A stretch of 64,000 bases of DNA from Patescibacteria group bacterium (GCA_042570925.1 JBHPFX010000001.1:52397-116396), one strand, 5' to 3'. Shown: positions 20,507 to 32,076, counted from the first letter of the stretch. Notes: generated by a model from the letters alone, not told the origin. Numbers and translations are program-made.

Positions 20507-21163
20507 ATGGCACATCCAGATATGTCAAAGATTATTCCTACGCTGAAGCGGGAGGTAAAAAGATTCCAAACCCCGATTGTTGAGGTTGTGGCTAAAAAAA
20601 AGCGAGATCCGTTTCGCATATTAGTATCCACCATGCTGAGTTTACGAACAAAGGATGAGACGACAGCAGCGGCTTCTAAAAAATTATTCGCTGTTGCTGA
20701 TACTCCAAAGAATATAGCAGGACTTACGCATCAAAGACTAGAAAAGCTAATTTATCCGGTAGGGTTTTATCGTACAAAGGCAAGAAGTCTTAAGAAGACT
20801 GCCGCTATCCTTTTGAGAGAATTTAATGGAAAAGTGCCTGATACGATTGAACAACTTATCGAATTGCCTGGTGTGGGAAGAAAAACTGCCAATCTTGTTG
20901 TAAGTTTGGGATTCAACAAGGACGGTCTATGCGTGGATACTCATGTGCATCGAATTATGAACCGATTTGGGTATATTCATACAAAAACTCCTTACGATAC
21001 CGAGTTTGTTTTGCGTAAGAAATTACCGCGAAAATACTGGAAATACGTGAATGTTCTCTTGGTAACGTGGGGCCAAAATATTTGTGCGCCAATTTCGCCA
21101 AAATGCTCACTTTGCGCTCTGCGGCCGTGGTGCAGAAGAGTAGGAGTGAACAAATCGAGATAA
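20507..21163 (+). CDS. nth: Endonuclease III
   Basis: LPGVGRKTAN HhH, VDTHVHR, C-x6-C-x2-C-x5-C cluster. Confidence 0.93.
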   Translation: MAHPDMSKIIPTLKREVKRFQTPIVEVVAKKKRDPFRILVSTMLSLRTKDETTAAASKKLFAVADTPKNIAGLTHQRLEKLIYPVGFYRTKARSLKKTAAILLREFNGKVPDTIEQLIELPGVGRKTANLVVSLGFNKDGLCVDTHVHRIMNRFGYIHTKTPYDTEFVLRKKLPRKYWKYVNVLLVTWGQNICAPISPKCSLCALRPWCRRVGVNKSR

Positions 21164-21200
21164 TTTCCACTATAGTGAAAAAAGCGTTATACTAATACAT

Positions 21201-22124
21201 ATGGCTCGAAAAGAAATAAAATTTCACAAACTCACCTGGGTTCATGTCGATAAAATGTCTGAAGAGGACGCAAGGGTGATTAAAAGACGTTTTCGCTTTC
21301 ATCAACTTGATTTAAATGATTGTATCGAGCCGGTCCAGCGACCAAAACTAGACACCTATCGGCCGTATTTCTTTTTAGTCGTACATCTACCGCAGTATGA
21401 TGCCGAAAATAAGAAAATTATCATGCAGCAACTAAATGTATTTGTTGGAAAGCACTATGTTGTGACCGCAACTCAGGAAGATATTCCCGCATTGGCAAAA
21501 TATTGGAACAGTTACGTCCGTAAAAGCAAACGACATCTTCCCTATGACAATCTAAAAAATAATGCAGGATATCTGCTATATAAGATTCTTGACGTTACCT
21601 TTCGTCAGGCAACTTCAGTTATCGACAGTTTTGGAAAAAAGATATCTGACATTGAAGACCGAGTATATGCAGATGAGAATAATGCCGCTGTCCGGGGCAT
21701 TGCACGGATTCGACGAGACATTTTTACTTTAAAACAAATGCTGGAACCTCAAGTGAGAATTGTCGGACAGCTTGTGTCACTTAAAGAATCGTTTATCTCA
21801 AGCGAGCTTGCAGTGTATTTCGATGATGTGCAGGACTATCTGGAAAAGCTGTGGTCATCCGTGTTGATTTATAAGGACACAGTTGACGGTCTTCATAACA
21901 CGAATGAGTCAATGATCTCTTTACGGACGAATGAAGTGATTAAAATGCTCACCGTTGTTTCGGTTGCCTTGCTTCCTCTTACGCTTCTGACGGGTATTTA
22001 TGGCATGAATGTGCAGGGGCTGCCTTTTGCCGGGTCGCCACTTGGCATTGTAATAATCTTTGCAATTCTTCTCGGCATCATTATTGGTATTATCGTCTTT
22101 TCAAAAAGACGCAATCTGATTTAA
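21201..22124 (+). CDS. corA: CorA family Mg2+ transporter
   Basis: QRPKLD, two C-terminal TM helices with YGMN. Confidence 0.92.
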   Translation: MARKEIKFHKLTWVHVDKMSEEDARVIKRRFRFHQLDLNDCIEPVQRPKLDTYRPYFFLVVHLPQYDAENKKIIMQQLNVFVGKHYVVTATQEDIPALAKYWNSYVRKSKRHLPYDNLKNNAGYLLYKILDVTFRQATSVIDSFGKKISDIEDRVYADENNAAVRGIARIRRDIFTLKQMLEPQVRIVGQLVSLKESFISSELAVYFDDVQDYLEKLWSSVLIYKDTVDGLHNTNESMISLRTNEVIKMLTVVSVALLPLTLLTGIYGMNVQGLPFAGSPLGIVIIFAILLGIIIGIIVFSKRRNLI

Positions 22125-22154
22125 CGTTCCTAATTTCGTTTACTCCTTTCGTAT

Positions 22155-23660
22155 ATGCCACTGTATTTGAGGGCAAAGAAACTTGATTTCTCGTCAGACA
22201 GCCACCCACCGATTGTAGTGCTCCGTGAAGAAGAAGGGGGTATTTTTGGAATTCAGATTGGTGACTTGGTCGAGTTATTAATCGGCGGCAGAAAAATCAT
22301 TGCCCGGGCTTTTTTTAGCAAGCAAAAAGTGAAAACCGGACAAGTCGGGCTTTTTAACGAGCTGTGGCGCAAAAAGAAAATAAAAATTAACAATGGTGAT
22401 CCGGTAGAAATTCATCAGCTTTCGCGTCCACCATCAATTCAAGCGATAAAAAAGAAACTTCTCGGCAAGCCTTTAACATATAAGGAAATTTATTCGATTA
22501 TCAAAGACATTGTTGATCATCGATTAAGTAGAATTGATCTCACCTACTTTGTCGCATCAAGTTTTATTAAAAGATATACCGATCAGGAACTGTATTTTCT
22601 AACAAAAGCAATCGCGGAGACCGGGAAAGAGGTAACTTTTTCATCTAAGATCGTGTGTGATAAACATTCAGTGGGCGGCTTGGCAGGAAACCGCACAACG
22701 ATGGTGGTGATTCCCATAGTTGCGTCTATTGGGCTGACTATTCCAAAGACATCTTCACGGGCTATCACTTCTCCGTCAGGAACAGCTGATACCATGGAAG
22801 TGCTGGCACCGGTGAGCTTCAGCACCGAAAAAATAAAGAAAATTGTGAAGCAAACGAAAGCATGCATGGTGTGGGGTGGGGGTCTCGATTTGGCACCGGC
22901 TGATGACGAGATTATTCATGTTTCACGGCCGATATCCCTCGAGCCGTATACTAAAATGCTTGTCTCTATCATGGCGAAGAAAGTTGCAATGGGAATCACT
23001 CATTTGGTGATAGATATTCCTTATGGTCCTACGACCAAGATCCCGACACGCAAAGATGCCATATGGGTTGCCACTAAATTTCGATTTCTCGCACGGAAGT
23101 TTGGCATTAAAATAAAGGTTGTAATGACGGAATCTCGCCAGCCAGTCGGCCGTGGTATTGGCCCGGCATTGGAGGCTCGCGATGTTTTGCGGGTATTACA
23201 GCAAAAAGAGTGGCGTCCAAAAGACTTAGAAGACAAGGCAATCGGTCTTGCTGGAAGTATTTTTGAATTGACTGGAACAGCGAGAAGAGGAACTGGAAAT
23301 TCATTGGCACGGGATGTCCTTGTATCGGGAAAGGCCTATAAAAAGATGAAGGAAATTATCAGAGCTCAAGGTGGAAAAACCACTGTTGATTCGGAGGATA
23401 TCACACTTGGTGTGCGACGTTACAGATTTCATGCTGGAATTTCTGGTATTGTTCGAAAAGTAAATAATCACCATATTAATGATGTTGCTCGGGTGCTCGG
23501 AGCTCCTTATGACAAGAATGCGGGTATATTTCTTAACAAACGCATTGGAAATAGGTGTCGAGTCGGAGATCGTCTTTTTACTCTGTATGCTTCCAGTCCG
23601 AATAGAATTAAGCTGGCGAAAAAGGCACTTGAAAGATTGCACATATATTCGATAAAATAA
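22155..23660 (+). CDS. AMP phosphorylase / thymidine phosphorylase family (archaeal-type)
   Basis: DKHSVGG, KTSSRAITSPSGTADTME, GRGIGPALEARDVL, N-terminal extension. Confidence 0.9.
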   Translation: MPLYLRAKKLDFSSDSHPPIVVLREEEGGIFGIQIGDLVELLIGGRKIIARAFFSKQKVKTGQVGLFNELWRKKKIKINNGDPVEIHQLSRPPSIQAIKKKLLGKPLTYKEIYSIIKDIVDHRLSRIDLTYFVASSFIKRYTDQELYFLTKAIAETGKEVTFSSKIVCDKHSVGGLAGNRTTMVVIPIVASIGLTIPKTSSRAITSPSGTADTMEVLAPVSFSTEKIKKIVKQTKACMVWGGGLDLAPADDEIIHVSRPISLEPYTKMLVSIMAKKVAMGITHLVIDIPYGPTTKIPTRKDAIWVATKFRFLARKFGIKIKVVMTESRQPVGRGIGPALEARDVLRVLQQKEWRPKDLEDKAIGLAGSIFELTGTARRGTGNSLARDVLVSGKAYKKMKEIIRAQGGKTTVDSEDITLGVRRYRFHAGISGIVRKVNNHHINDVARVLGAPYDKNAGIFLNKRIGNRCRVGDRLFTLYASSPNRIKLAKKALERLHIYSIK

Positions 23661-23742
23661 TCATTGACCGGATGCACAGCATCTGGTATCGTTGTAAGTC
23701 GAAACCCTTTATTTTACCTAATAATTAATCATTCTCGAATCG

Positions 23743-23958
23743 ATGAAAGCAAAAGTAGTTCGAGAGCTCTGTATCGGTGCAGCAACTTGTCTTGCAGTTG
23801 CTCCAGATGTATACGAGCTGGATGACGAAAACAAAGCCGTCATCAAAAACCCGAAGGGTGCTGATGATCAAACACTCCTGGATTCGGCAAAAGCGTGCCC
23901 TACTCAGGCAATCATCATCACTGATGACGACGGAAAACAAATTTTTCCTGAGAAGTAG
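23743..23958 (+). CDS. Monocluster ferredoxin (CxxAxxC...CP, probably 3Fe-4S)
   Basis: CIGAATC...ACPTQAI. Confidence 0.88.
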   Translation: MKAKVVRELCIGAATCLAVAPDVYELDDENKAVIKNPKGADDQTLLDSAKACPTQAIIITDDDGKQIFPEK

Positions 23959-23999
23959 GAAATCAGTTGTTTCATCTTTCGTAATGTCTCACGTATGAC

Positions 24000-24743
24000 A
24001 TGAGATCTCTCCATGTCAAAAATTTACACGTTAAAGTTGAGGATAAAGAGATTCTTAAAGGAATCTCTTTAGTTGTCAAACCTGGAGAAGTGCATGCGCT
24101 CATGGGGCCAAATGGATCTGGAAAATCTACATTAGCTTCTGCGCTCATGGGACATCCGCTGTATTCGGTAACGAGCGGAGAGATGAAGCTTAATGGTATC
24201 GATTTACAATCTTTGACTCCTGATAAGAGAGCACAGGAAGGGCTTTTTTTGTCTTTACAATATCCATCCGAAGTTTCAGGCGTAAGTTTACAAAACTTTC
24301 TTAGAACAGCGTACAACAATCTTAAAAAAGATACAAAAGGTCCGGTACCTGTATTAAAATTCCGAAAGTATCTTCATGAGAAAATGAAACTGCTGGGCAT
24401 GAATCCTGAACTGGCAAAGCGATCGCTTAATGAAGGTTTCTCTGGCGGGGAGAAAAAACGATCAGAGATACTTCAATTGTCTGTATTAGCGCCGGCAATT
24501 GCCATCCTTGATGAAACTGATTCCGGTCTTGACGTAGATGCCTTGAAGGCGGTGGCAAAGGGGATCAATGCACTTCGTGGTCCCAACATCGGAATACTCA
24601 TTATTACCCACTATTCGCGTATCTTACAGTACATCGAGCCTGACAAAGTACATGTGTTGGTAAAAGGAAGGATCATAAAATCAGGGGGAGCCCAGCTCGC
24701 GCATGACATTGAAAAAAAAGGATACGATTGGCTATCGAAATAA
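24000..24743 (+). CDS. sufC: Fe-S cluster assembly ATPase
   Basis: MGPNGSGKST, NEGFSGGEKKR, LDETDSGLDVDA. Confidence 0.96.
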   Translation: MRSLHVKNLHVKVEDKEILKGISLVVKPGEVHALMGPNGSGKSTLASALMGHPLYSVTSGEMKLNGIDLQSLTPDKRAQEGLFLSLQYPSEVSGVSLQNFLRTAYNNLKKDTKGPVPVLKFRKYLHEKMKLLGMNPELAKRSLNEGFSGGEKKRSEILQLSVLAPAIAILDETDSGLDVDALKAVAKGINALRGPNIGILIITHYSRILQYIEPDKVHVLVKGRIIKSGGAQLAHDIEKKGYDWLSK

Positions 24744-24749
24744 GTTTTT

Positions 24750-26141
24750 ATGCAGGAAGCTACCAAAACAGCCACAAAGAATAATGGGGCGGACCCGATC
24801 AAATATTCATTTATTTCTCAACTTGGCTTGTCAGAGCGTGTAGTTGAGGAAATTTCTCATTATAAAAATGAACCTGATTGGATGCGTACACAAAGACTGC
24901 AGGCGCTTAAAGTCTTTGAGTCAAAAAAACAGCCAATATGGGGAGCTGACCTGTCTGACATTGATTACAATAATATTCACTATTACTTACGCCCGACGGA
25001 TCGTGTAGGAAACAGGTGGGAGGATTTACCAGATTCAATCCGTACAACATATGATCGGATCGGTATACCTCAGGCTGAAAGAAAATTTCTTGCTGGTGTC
25101 ATGGCGCAGTACGAGAGTGAGGCAGTCTACCATTCCCTAAAAGACCGGCTTGAGAAACAAGGGGTTATTTTCTTAGACATGGATACGGCTCTGCGCAAGC
25201 ATCCGGATATTATAAAAAAATATTTTGGCACCGTAGTGCCTGCCGGAGACAACAAGCTTGCGGCGCTGAATTCCGCGGTATGGTCGGGAGGAAGCTTCGT
25301 GTATATTCCCGCGGGAGTAAAGGTAGATATTCCGCTTCAGGCGTATTTTCGCATTAATGCTGAGCGTGCTGGGCAGTTTGAACGTACATTAATAATTGCT
25401 GAAGAAGGGAGTTTTGTTCATTATATTGAAGGATGTACGGCTCCGATCTATACGACCAATTCTCTTCACTCAGCTGTTGTCGAAATCATTGTGAAAAAAG
25501 GTGCACGTGTGCGGTATACAACTGTTCAAAACTGGTCGAAGAACGTGTACAACCTTGTCACTAAGCGTACCTTTGTATATGAAGATGGAACGATGGAGTG
25601 GGTGGATGGAAATATCGGGAGCAAGGTAACGATGAAGTATCCATCTGTCTATCTACTTGAAAAAGGCGCCAAGGGAGATATTCTCTCACTTGCATTTGCC
25701 GGTGAAGGGCAACATCAAGACGTTGGAGCAAGGGCGATTCATGGTGCTCCGGACACAACGTCTCACATCGTTTCTAAATCAATTTCAAAAGAATCGGGAA
25801 GAACGTCATATCGCGGAATTGTTCAAGTCCCAAAAGGTATGAAAGGCGTGCGATCGTCTGTAATTTGTGATGCCCTGCTGCTTGATGAACATTCTCGATC
25901 AGACACGTATCCGACGATGGACATTAGAGAATCGGATACGCAGATTCAGCATGAAGCAACCGTCGGGAAGATAGGTGAAGATCAGCTTTTTTACCTCATG
26001 TCGAGAGGGTTGTCTCAAGCAGAAGCAATGAGTATGGTTGTTTCAGGATTCATTGAGCCAGTAGCAAAAGAAATTCCGCTCGAGTATGCCGTGGAACTGA
26101 ATCGTCTTATTGAAATGGAGATGGAGGGAAGCGTTGGTTAG
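24750..26141 (+). CDS. sufB: Fe-S cluster assembly protein SufB
   Basis: [47 protein letters not shown]. Confidence 0.97.
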   Translation: MQEATKTATKNNGADPIKYSFISQLGLSERVVEEISHYKNEPDWMRTQRLQALKVFESKKQPIWGADLSDIDYNNIHYYLRPTDRVGNRWEDLPDSIRTTYDRIGIPQAERKFLAGVMAQYESEAVYHSLKDRLEKQGVIFLDMDTALRKHPDIIKKYFGTVVPAGDNKLAALNSAVWSGGSFVYIPAGVKVDIPLQAYFRINAERAGQFERTLIIAEEGSFVHYIEGCTAPIYTTNSLHSAVVEIIVKKGARVRYTTVQNWSKNVYNLVTKRTFVYEDGTMEWVDGNIGSKVTMKYPSVYLLEKGAKGDILSLAFAGEGQHQDVGARAIHGAPDTTSHIVSKSISKESGRTSYRGIVQVPKGMKGVRSSVICDALLLDEHSRSDTYPTMDIRESDTQIQHEATVGKIGEDQLFYLMSRGLSQAEAMSMVVSGFIEPVAKEIPLEYAVELNRLIEMEMEGSVG

Positions 26142-27901
26142 TAGCTTCTGCGGAAATCGTATAGGTATAATCCATATCCGATAATATCTGTTGGTGTATA
26201 TTCCCTCAGCCATTCATATGTATTTCCGCGGTCGTAAAGGAGTTGAACGCTAATTGCTGCTAAACAGTCGATGTTCATTCCCAACTCAACATCTTCTCTC
26301 GATGGAAGGGGTTGAGAGTCAATTCCCTCGTATTCCGGATTACCTTTTCCAAAATAATGTAAACACACTCGCGGGTTGTTATTTGCTTCAAGGTATGATT
26401 TAAAATGCTTGAGATTTTGGCCCCAGTCGATGTTAGAATCCATAATGTACTTATGACCGTTGGATGACCCGCCAATAATTTCCGAATAGTATGCCAGGGG
26501 GTATGGATACACCATAAATGGTGCAGTAATACCGATAATGAATATTATTCCAAAAATGTATTTCAGAATTTTCTTTCGAATTACATCTTCATGGGCAAGC
26601 CGTGTGATGCCGATAAAGATAAATGGAAACACCGGAATGAGGTGACGCACACCAAGATTGACGTGTGAATTCATTGCTAAGAGCAGGTATAGAATTGGCA
26701 CACCAGCAAATACTATTCCATTCAAGGTATATGATGAAAGCCACCTGCGAATTGACTTTAAGAATGTATTTTGGATAGCATGTAGTCGAATCGTTACGAT
26801 GCTCTTTCTCAAACCATAAAGAATCAACAGAAACAGTAAGATAACAATCGCTAGGGGAGTTTTAATAAAGAAAGCTAATGGGAAATACCACGGATTGCCT
26901 GTATCACTATACTCGCCTAGAAAGAATGACTCATGTCCGAAGTATGAATGCTCAAGGAATAACAATAGGCCGTTAAAATACGGATATGCAGGAAAAGTGA
27001 CTGATTCGAGTCCAAAGATGTATGCACCGACATACAATTTCCTAATTCCTTGCGACTCATTGAATATTTGAGATAATCTCTCAACCCGCTCGATGCTCTG
27101 GACTGTATCGTCACCGAACTTCTGTGTAATAAAACTCGTTGTTAGTAAAGTAAAGAGTATAGTAATAGCAAGCGTAATTAACACGAAAGTAAAAAAATGC
27201 CGAACTCCAATGTGAGGATACTTAGATCGCTTTTTTAAAAGGAATACGTATATAATTGGAATGATTCCGGCAAGAATCAAGCCGGTAAATTTCACGTTTA
27301 CGGCAAATGCAAAACTCAACGCAGTGAACACGAGCCACTTTGTATTTTTATTTTGAATGCTCTTTTGAAGAAAATATATGGTTGCAGTAATGCCAAGTGC
27401 GACCGGAATGTCAGTTGTAACGAGATGGCCGTGAGCCAGAATAATTGGTGAGGTTGCATAAAGCAATGTTGCGGCGTATGCTCCCAGCCAGCCCGCATAT
27501 TCATAAGCCCACCTGGCTATAAGTATACCGAGAAGAAGTGTAAGTAGAATAATTGGAAAACGCCCCCAAAACATCAACTGATCAGGATTATTGCCACTTT
27601 CATACAAAAACTGTTGTGCAAATTCATATTGATCAGCCTGTTGCCATGACACATGATCCGTCGGCATATCTGGACGGATAAAAAGCAAGGGAATGGCTGC
27701 AAGCTGTTTCGCAAACGGAGGATGTTCTGGATTTAACCGATGATCACCAGTTACCAGGTATGAGTATCCAGCTGATAAATGTACCCCCTCATCTATGGTT
27801 TGATTCTCAAGAGTACTTAAATGGATTTGCATCACACCAAGAGTGCAGAGTATTGCGGTAATTCCGCACAATAAAATGAATTTTCTTCGCTTATTATTCA
27901 T
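26138..27901 (-). CDS. GT-C glycosyltransferase (ArnT/PMT-like)
   Basis: [28 protein letters not shown], many TM helices. Confidence 0.88.
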   Translation of the reverse strand: MNNKRRKFILLCGITAILCTLGVMQIHLSTLENQTIDEGVHLSAGYSYLVTGDHRLNPEHPPFAKQLAAIPLLFIRPDMPTDHVSWQQADQYEFAQQFLYESGNNPDQLMFWGRFPIILLTLLLGILIARWAYEYAGWLGAYAATLLYATSPIILAHGHLVTTDIPVALGITATIYFLQKSIQNKNTKWLVFTALSFAFAVNVKFTGLILAGIIPIIYVFLLKKRSKYPHIGVRHFFTFVLITLAITILFTLLTTSFITQKFGDDTVQSIERVERLSQIFNESQGIRKLYVGAYIFGLESVTFPAYPYFNGLLLFLEHSYFGHESFFLGEYSDTGNPWYFPLAFFIKTPLAIVILLFLLILYGLRKSIVTIRLHAIQNTFLKSIRRWLSSYTLNGIVFAGVPILYLLLAMNSHVNLGVRHLIPVFPFIFIGITRLAHEDVIRKKILKYIFGIIFIIGITAPFMVYPYPLAYYSEIIGGSSNGHKYIMDSNIDWGQNLKHFKSYLEANNNPRVCLHYFGKGNPEYEGIDSQPLPSREDVELGMNIDCLAAISVQLLYDRGNTYEWLREYTPTDIIGYGLYLYDFRRSY

Positions 27902-27907
27902 CCGACA

Positions 27908-28705
27908 ATGATAGCAACATTTCCCACAATTTCCAAGCCCCCCAAAAGCCCACTTCGATCATATCCGGAGAAGCTGAAGGTATCTAGGTCGATTAATGAA
28001 GTAGTTCAATCAGGAAAGAAGAGGGAGCTGTCTTTTTCAATTAAGGAAGGAAAACAAGATTACGTAGTTACAGGAGAACAAAACTCCCATACAAATATTT
28101 TTCTTACTGGAAGCGGGACAAAAAACCAATTTTCTCATGTACGAATTCATGGTATTCTACAGAAAGATGCATCAATGCATTTTATTGCCGGTTTCACTGG
28201 CGGGGCCCGCGTTGAGGTAGAAACATGGTTCGAGCTATGCAAACCGGGGAGCAATGTAAAAGTATCTGGAGCTTTTCTGGGAACAAAAGAACAACATCAC
28301 GGTTTCCACATAGTCATAGATCATGTAGCTCCTTCAACGAATGCCGATATTCTTCTGCGGGGAGTCTATCGTGACCAATCAAGAGGTATTTTTACCGGCC
28401 TATTAAAAGTAGGAAAAAATGCCCAGCAGACTAATTCGTATTTTACTGATAATGTGTTGCTTATGAATGAAGCGCTTGCTGAATCAATTCCTTCTCTGGA
28501 AATTCTTGCCAACGATGTAAAGGCGTCTCACGGTTCCACAACTGGCAGGATTAACGATGAACAGCTATTCTATCTCATGTCCCGTGGGTTATCTAAGCAG
28601 AAGGCGACAAAGATGATTACTGACGGATTTCTGCAAAAAGTCATTGACCGCCTGCCAAGTCAATATCATTCAACCATACAGTCAATTCTTTATGACAAAT
28701 CTTGA
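27908..28705 (+). CDS. sufD: Fe-S cluster assembly protein SufD (short)
   Basis: IPSLEILANDVKASHGSTTG...LFYLMSRG. Confidence 0.9.
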   Translation: MIATFPTISKPPKSPLRSYPEKLKVSRSINEVVQSGKKRELSFSIKEGKQDYVVTGEQNSHTNIFLTGSGTKNQFSHVRIHGILQKDASMHFIAGFTGGARVEVETWFELCKPGSNVKVSGAFLGTKEQHHGFHIVIDHVAPSTNADILLRGVYRDQSRGIFTGLLKVGKNAQQTNSYFTDNVLLMNEALAESIPSLEILANDVKASHGSTTGRINDEQLFYLMSRGLSKQKATKMITDGFLQKVIDRLPSQYHSTIQSILYDKS

Positions 28706-29918
28706 GAAAATAAGAAATGATTTCCCTATTCTTTCTAGAAAGATTTATGGAAAGCCGCTTGTATATCTAGATTCAGCGGCAACGAGCCAGAAACCGCTAT
28801 CGGTGATTCAGGCAATTGAAAAATACTACTCCGAATACAACTCAAATATTCATCGGGGTATTTATGTTTTATCAGAAGAGGCCACCGCCGCTTATGAGGG
28901 TGCTCGTGAGAAGATAAAAAGTTTTATTAATGCAGATTCAATAGAAGAGATCATTTTTACCCGTAATGCGACTGAATCATTAAATGTAGTCGCCTATTCA
29001 TGGGGCCGAAAAAATATTTCCAAAGGAGATACGATTGTTATCACAGAGATGGAGCATCATTCAAATATGATACCGTGGCAGATTCTGGCAAAAGAAAAAG
29101 AAGCTGAATTATTATATGTACCCATAGACTTAGAGACTGGTCGTCTGGATCTGGACACCTATAAGAAATACCTCGAAAAAAAACCAAGGCTTGTAGGCAT
29201 TGTTCACATGTCAAATGCACTCGGGACAGTTAATCCGGTAAAAGAAATGATTTCGCAGGCACATGAAGTCGGTGCTATTACCGTCATTGACGGATGCCAA
29301 GCAGTTCCGCATTTCCCTGTGGATATGAAAGACCTTGATGCTGATTTATATGCATTTTCCGGTCATAAAATGCTCGGCCCGACCGGGATCGGAGTTTTAT
29401 ACGGAAAGAAAAATATTTTAGAAGAAATGGATCCTTTTTTAAGCGGTGGAGACATGATTAAGGAAGTGACGAAAGAAGGATCTACATGGAATGACTTGCC
29501 CTATAAGTTTGAAGCCGGTACGCCGAATATTGCCGGTGGTATTGGTTTTGGAGCCGCAATTGACTATTTACAGAAAGTTGGAATGGATGCAATTTGGGAT
29601 CATGAACAAACAATTTCAAAATATATTCTTAATCAGATCAAAAAGATTGATGGGGTAAAAATAATCGGACCGCAGGATGCCCCTGATCGTGGTGCGGCGA
29701 TTTCTTTCTCAATAAATGGTGTTCATCCTCATGACATAGCATCGCTTTTTGATGAAGAGGGTGTCGCAGTACGAGCTGGCCATCTTTGCGCACAACCCGC
29801 GTTAACCGCATATGGGCTTGATGCAGTGACACGAGCAAGCTTTTATCTCTATAACACACGAGAGGAAGCTGATAAATTCTTTGAAGTTGTTCAGAAAGTA
29901 AAGGAGATGTTCACATAA
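28692..29918 (+). CDS. sufS: Cysteine desulfurase
   Basis: YLDSAATSQKP, EHHSN, FSGHKMLGPTG, RAGHLCAQP. Confidence 0.96.
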   Translation: MTNLEKIRNDFPILSRKIYGKPLVYLDSAATSQKPLSVIQAIEKYYSEYNSNIHRGIYVLSEEATAAYEGAREKIKSFINADSIEEIIFTRNATESLNVVAYSWGRKNISKGDTIVITEMEHHSNMIPWQILAKEKEAELLYVPIDLETGRLDLDTYKKYLEKKPRLVGIVHMSNALGTVNPVKEMISQAHEVGAITVIDGCQAVPHFPVDMKDLDADLYAFSGHKMLGPTGIGVLYGKKNILEEMDPFLSGGDMIKEVTKEGSTWNDLPYKFEAGTPNIAGGIGFGAAIDYLQKVGMDAIWDHEQTISKYILNQIKKIDGVKIIGPQDAPDRGAAISFSINGVHPHDIASLFDEEGVAVRAGHLCAQPALTAYGLDAVTRASFYLYNTREEADKFFEVVQKVKEMFT

Positions 29919-29942
29919 TCAATTCTATTAAAAAAGAATTTT

Positions 29943-30329
29943 ATGGATCAAGATTCTAGTCTCCAGAATGACCTCAAGCCTGACAACAAAAACAAAGTTA
30001 CTACGATGAGAGTCACAATAGTATTATTAATTCTAGGACTCTTTTTATTTTCCATAGGATCAATCTTTGTTGGGTTTCTTCAAATGGGTTTTTCTGATAG
30101 CTCTCGATCATCAAGTCCCGACTGGGTTGTATATGTGGTAGTGATAGGGATTGCCTCTGTTGTAGGCTTGATTGTATTTTTATCCTTTAAAGTATCTTCC
30201 AAAGAGACTAAAATTCGTAAAGGATTCTCGTGGCGACGCTTGATAGGTCCTTTGGCAACACTTTTATTCATCATTGCACTTCCTTTTTTAGCATATGTTA
30301 TTTTAGGTCTTATCATCAATGCAAATTAA
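29943..30329 (+). CDS. Hypothetical membrane protein (3 TM)
   Basis: 128-aa ORF with hydrophobic segments between sufS and sufU. Confidence 0.6.
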   Translation: MDQDSSLQNDLKPDNKNKVTTMRVTIVLLILGLFLFSIGSIFVGFLQMGFSDSSRSSSPDWVVYVVVIGIASVVGLIVFLSFKVSSKETKIRKGFSWRRLIGPLATLLFIIALPFLAYVILGLIINAN

Positions 30330-30389
30330 GTGTAGATGCCAATGTTTCCTGACTCAAATCATAAGTAAAAAGTAATCAATATTGTTCAC

Positions 30390-30755
30390 ATGGACATGTA
30401 TCAGGAGAACATTCTGGATCATTATAAGAATCCTCGTAATAAGGGAAAAATTGAGAATGCTGACTATCAGCACCGTGAACCAAATCCTCTTTGCGGTGAT
30501 ATTGTTGAGCTTTTTATCAACATGGGAGATGACAGCAAAGTTACTGAAATAATGTTCGATGGTTCAGGTTGTGCGATTAGTCAAGCGTCCGTTTCTATTC
30601 TCACTGAATATATAAAAGGCAAAACGCTCGATGAGCTTAAAGCTATTGATACAAAAAAAATGCTTGACCTTCTTGAAGTGGAAGTCAATCCAGCAAGGAT
30701 AAAATGTGCTACTTTAGGACTCGTGGCACTGCAGAAAGCGTTAAAAAACCAGTAA
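30390..30755 (+). CDS. sufU: SufU/IscU scaffold
   Basis: ILDHYKNPRN, NPLCGD, GCAISQAS, RIKCA. Confidence 0.95.
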   Translation: MDMYQENILDHYKNPRNKGKIENADYQHREPNPLCGDIVELFINMGDDSKVTEIMFDGSGCAISQASVSILTEYIKGKTLDELKAIDTKKMLDLLEVEVNPARIKCATLGLVALQKALKNQ

Positions 30756-30764
30756 GCGGTATAT

Positions 30765-31313
30765 ATGCGAGGGACGACTCACGCGGTAATAGGGGCCAAC
30801 ACAGTTTGGATACCAGTTCTTTGTAATGTCCCGGTATTTCCATGGTTTATTCTTATTGGAGCCTTTGCCGCTTTACTGCCTGATCTTGATGCTTCAGAAT
30901 CTAAAATCAAACACCTATCTCTTAGTGGGTATATCGGGAAAATGCGCATTCGTATAAAACCATTCGCTCCTCTCTCGATGATATTTTCGCGATTATTTGG
31001 CCATCGTGGAGCGCTTCATTCTCTTACTGTAGTAGTGATTGTTGCCGTAGCTACTTCCTTTCTTATCCCATATACATCGGTAGTGACATGGTATCTGTTT
31101 ATCTTCGGCTATGCCTCCCATCTTGTCGCTGATGCATGTACCCGGTCGGGAATTGAACTTTTTTGGCCTTTTAAGAATCGCTTTCGTTTCTTCCCTAAAA
31201 TTCTACGAATAAGAACGGGTGGTATGGTCGATTCTCTCCTTCTAATATTGGGTACGGGTGGAATTATTATCTTTCTCTATTCGACAATTGATTCTATCGA
31301 CAGTTTTTTCTAA
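30765..31313 (+). CDS. Inner-membrane metal-dependent hydrolase (YdjM-like)
   Basis: TTH, LLPDLD, GHRGALHS, SHLVAD. Confidence 0.88.
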   Translation: MRGTTHAVIGANTVWIPVLCNVPVFPWFILIGAFAALLPDLDASESKIKHLSLSGYIGKMRIRIKPFAPLSMIFSRLFGHRGALHSLTVVVIVAVATSFLIPYTSVVTWYLFIFGYASHLVADACTRSGIELFWPFKNRFRFFPKILRIRTGGMVDSLLLILGTGGIIIFLYSTIDSIDSFF

Positions 31314-31344
31314 TAACAATGGGTGATATACTATATATCGTATT

Positions 31345-32076
31345 ATGGATAAGAATCCACCACCACTCGAACCGCAAAAGAAGCCATTGATTTACCAGTG
31401 GTGGTTTCTTGGTATACTTTTTATTTTGGTATTCACCATCTCAACATTTCTAATTTTAATAGTTCAGGGCATCCGTGAAATTCAGAGAGGGGAGTATGAT
31501 TTTTCTGATTCATTTACGCAAGATATTTCTGCAGAATCGACTGATATTGAACGAGCGAATGTTGTCACGAGCGATGATCCATCTCTCGGTCCTAAAGATG
31601 CAAAAGTGACAATCGTGGAGTTTGGAGACTTTCAGTGTCCATTTTGCCGAGAGGTATTTCCAACAGTCAGAGAGGTGCTCTCATTATATGAAGGTCAGAT
31701 TCGATATATATGGAGAGATTTTCCTGTTAGTTCTGAGCACCCTCAGGCAGCACTGGCAGCTTCTGCAGGAGAGTGCGTTGCCGAGCAGGATGTGGATAAA
31801 TTTTGGTCATTTCACGATCAGTTATTTATAAATCAAAGCGATCTTTCGCAGGAGGCGCTTATCAGGTATGCCCAAGGAGTCGGGGTTGATGTGAATGATT
31901 TCTCGGAATGTCTACTTGAGGAAAAGTACTTACAGGAGGTGATATTTGACTATAATGACGGTATTGCTGCCGGCGTTACTGGCACTCCAACGTTTTTCAT
32001 CAATGGAAGACGAATTTCTGGCGTCATTCCACTCAATGTATTTAAGGACATTATAGATATCTATCTGCAGGAATAA
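31345..32076 (+). CDS. DsbA family oxidoreductase
   Basis: FGDFQCPFC, GTPTFFING. Confidence 0.92.
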   Translation: MDKNPPPLEPQKKPLIYQWWFLGILFILVFTISTFLILIVQGIREIQRGEYDFSDSFTQDISAESTDIERANVVTSDDPSLGPKDAKVTIVEFGDFQCPFCREVFPTVREVLSLYEGQIRYIWRDFPVSSEHPQAALAASAGECVAEQDVDKFWSFHDQLFINQSDLSQEALIRYAQGVGVDVNDFSECLLEEKYLQEVIFDYNDGIAAGVTGTPTFFINGRRISGVIPLNVFKDIIDIYLQE

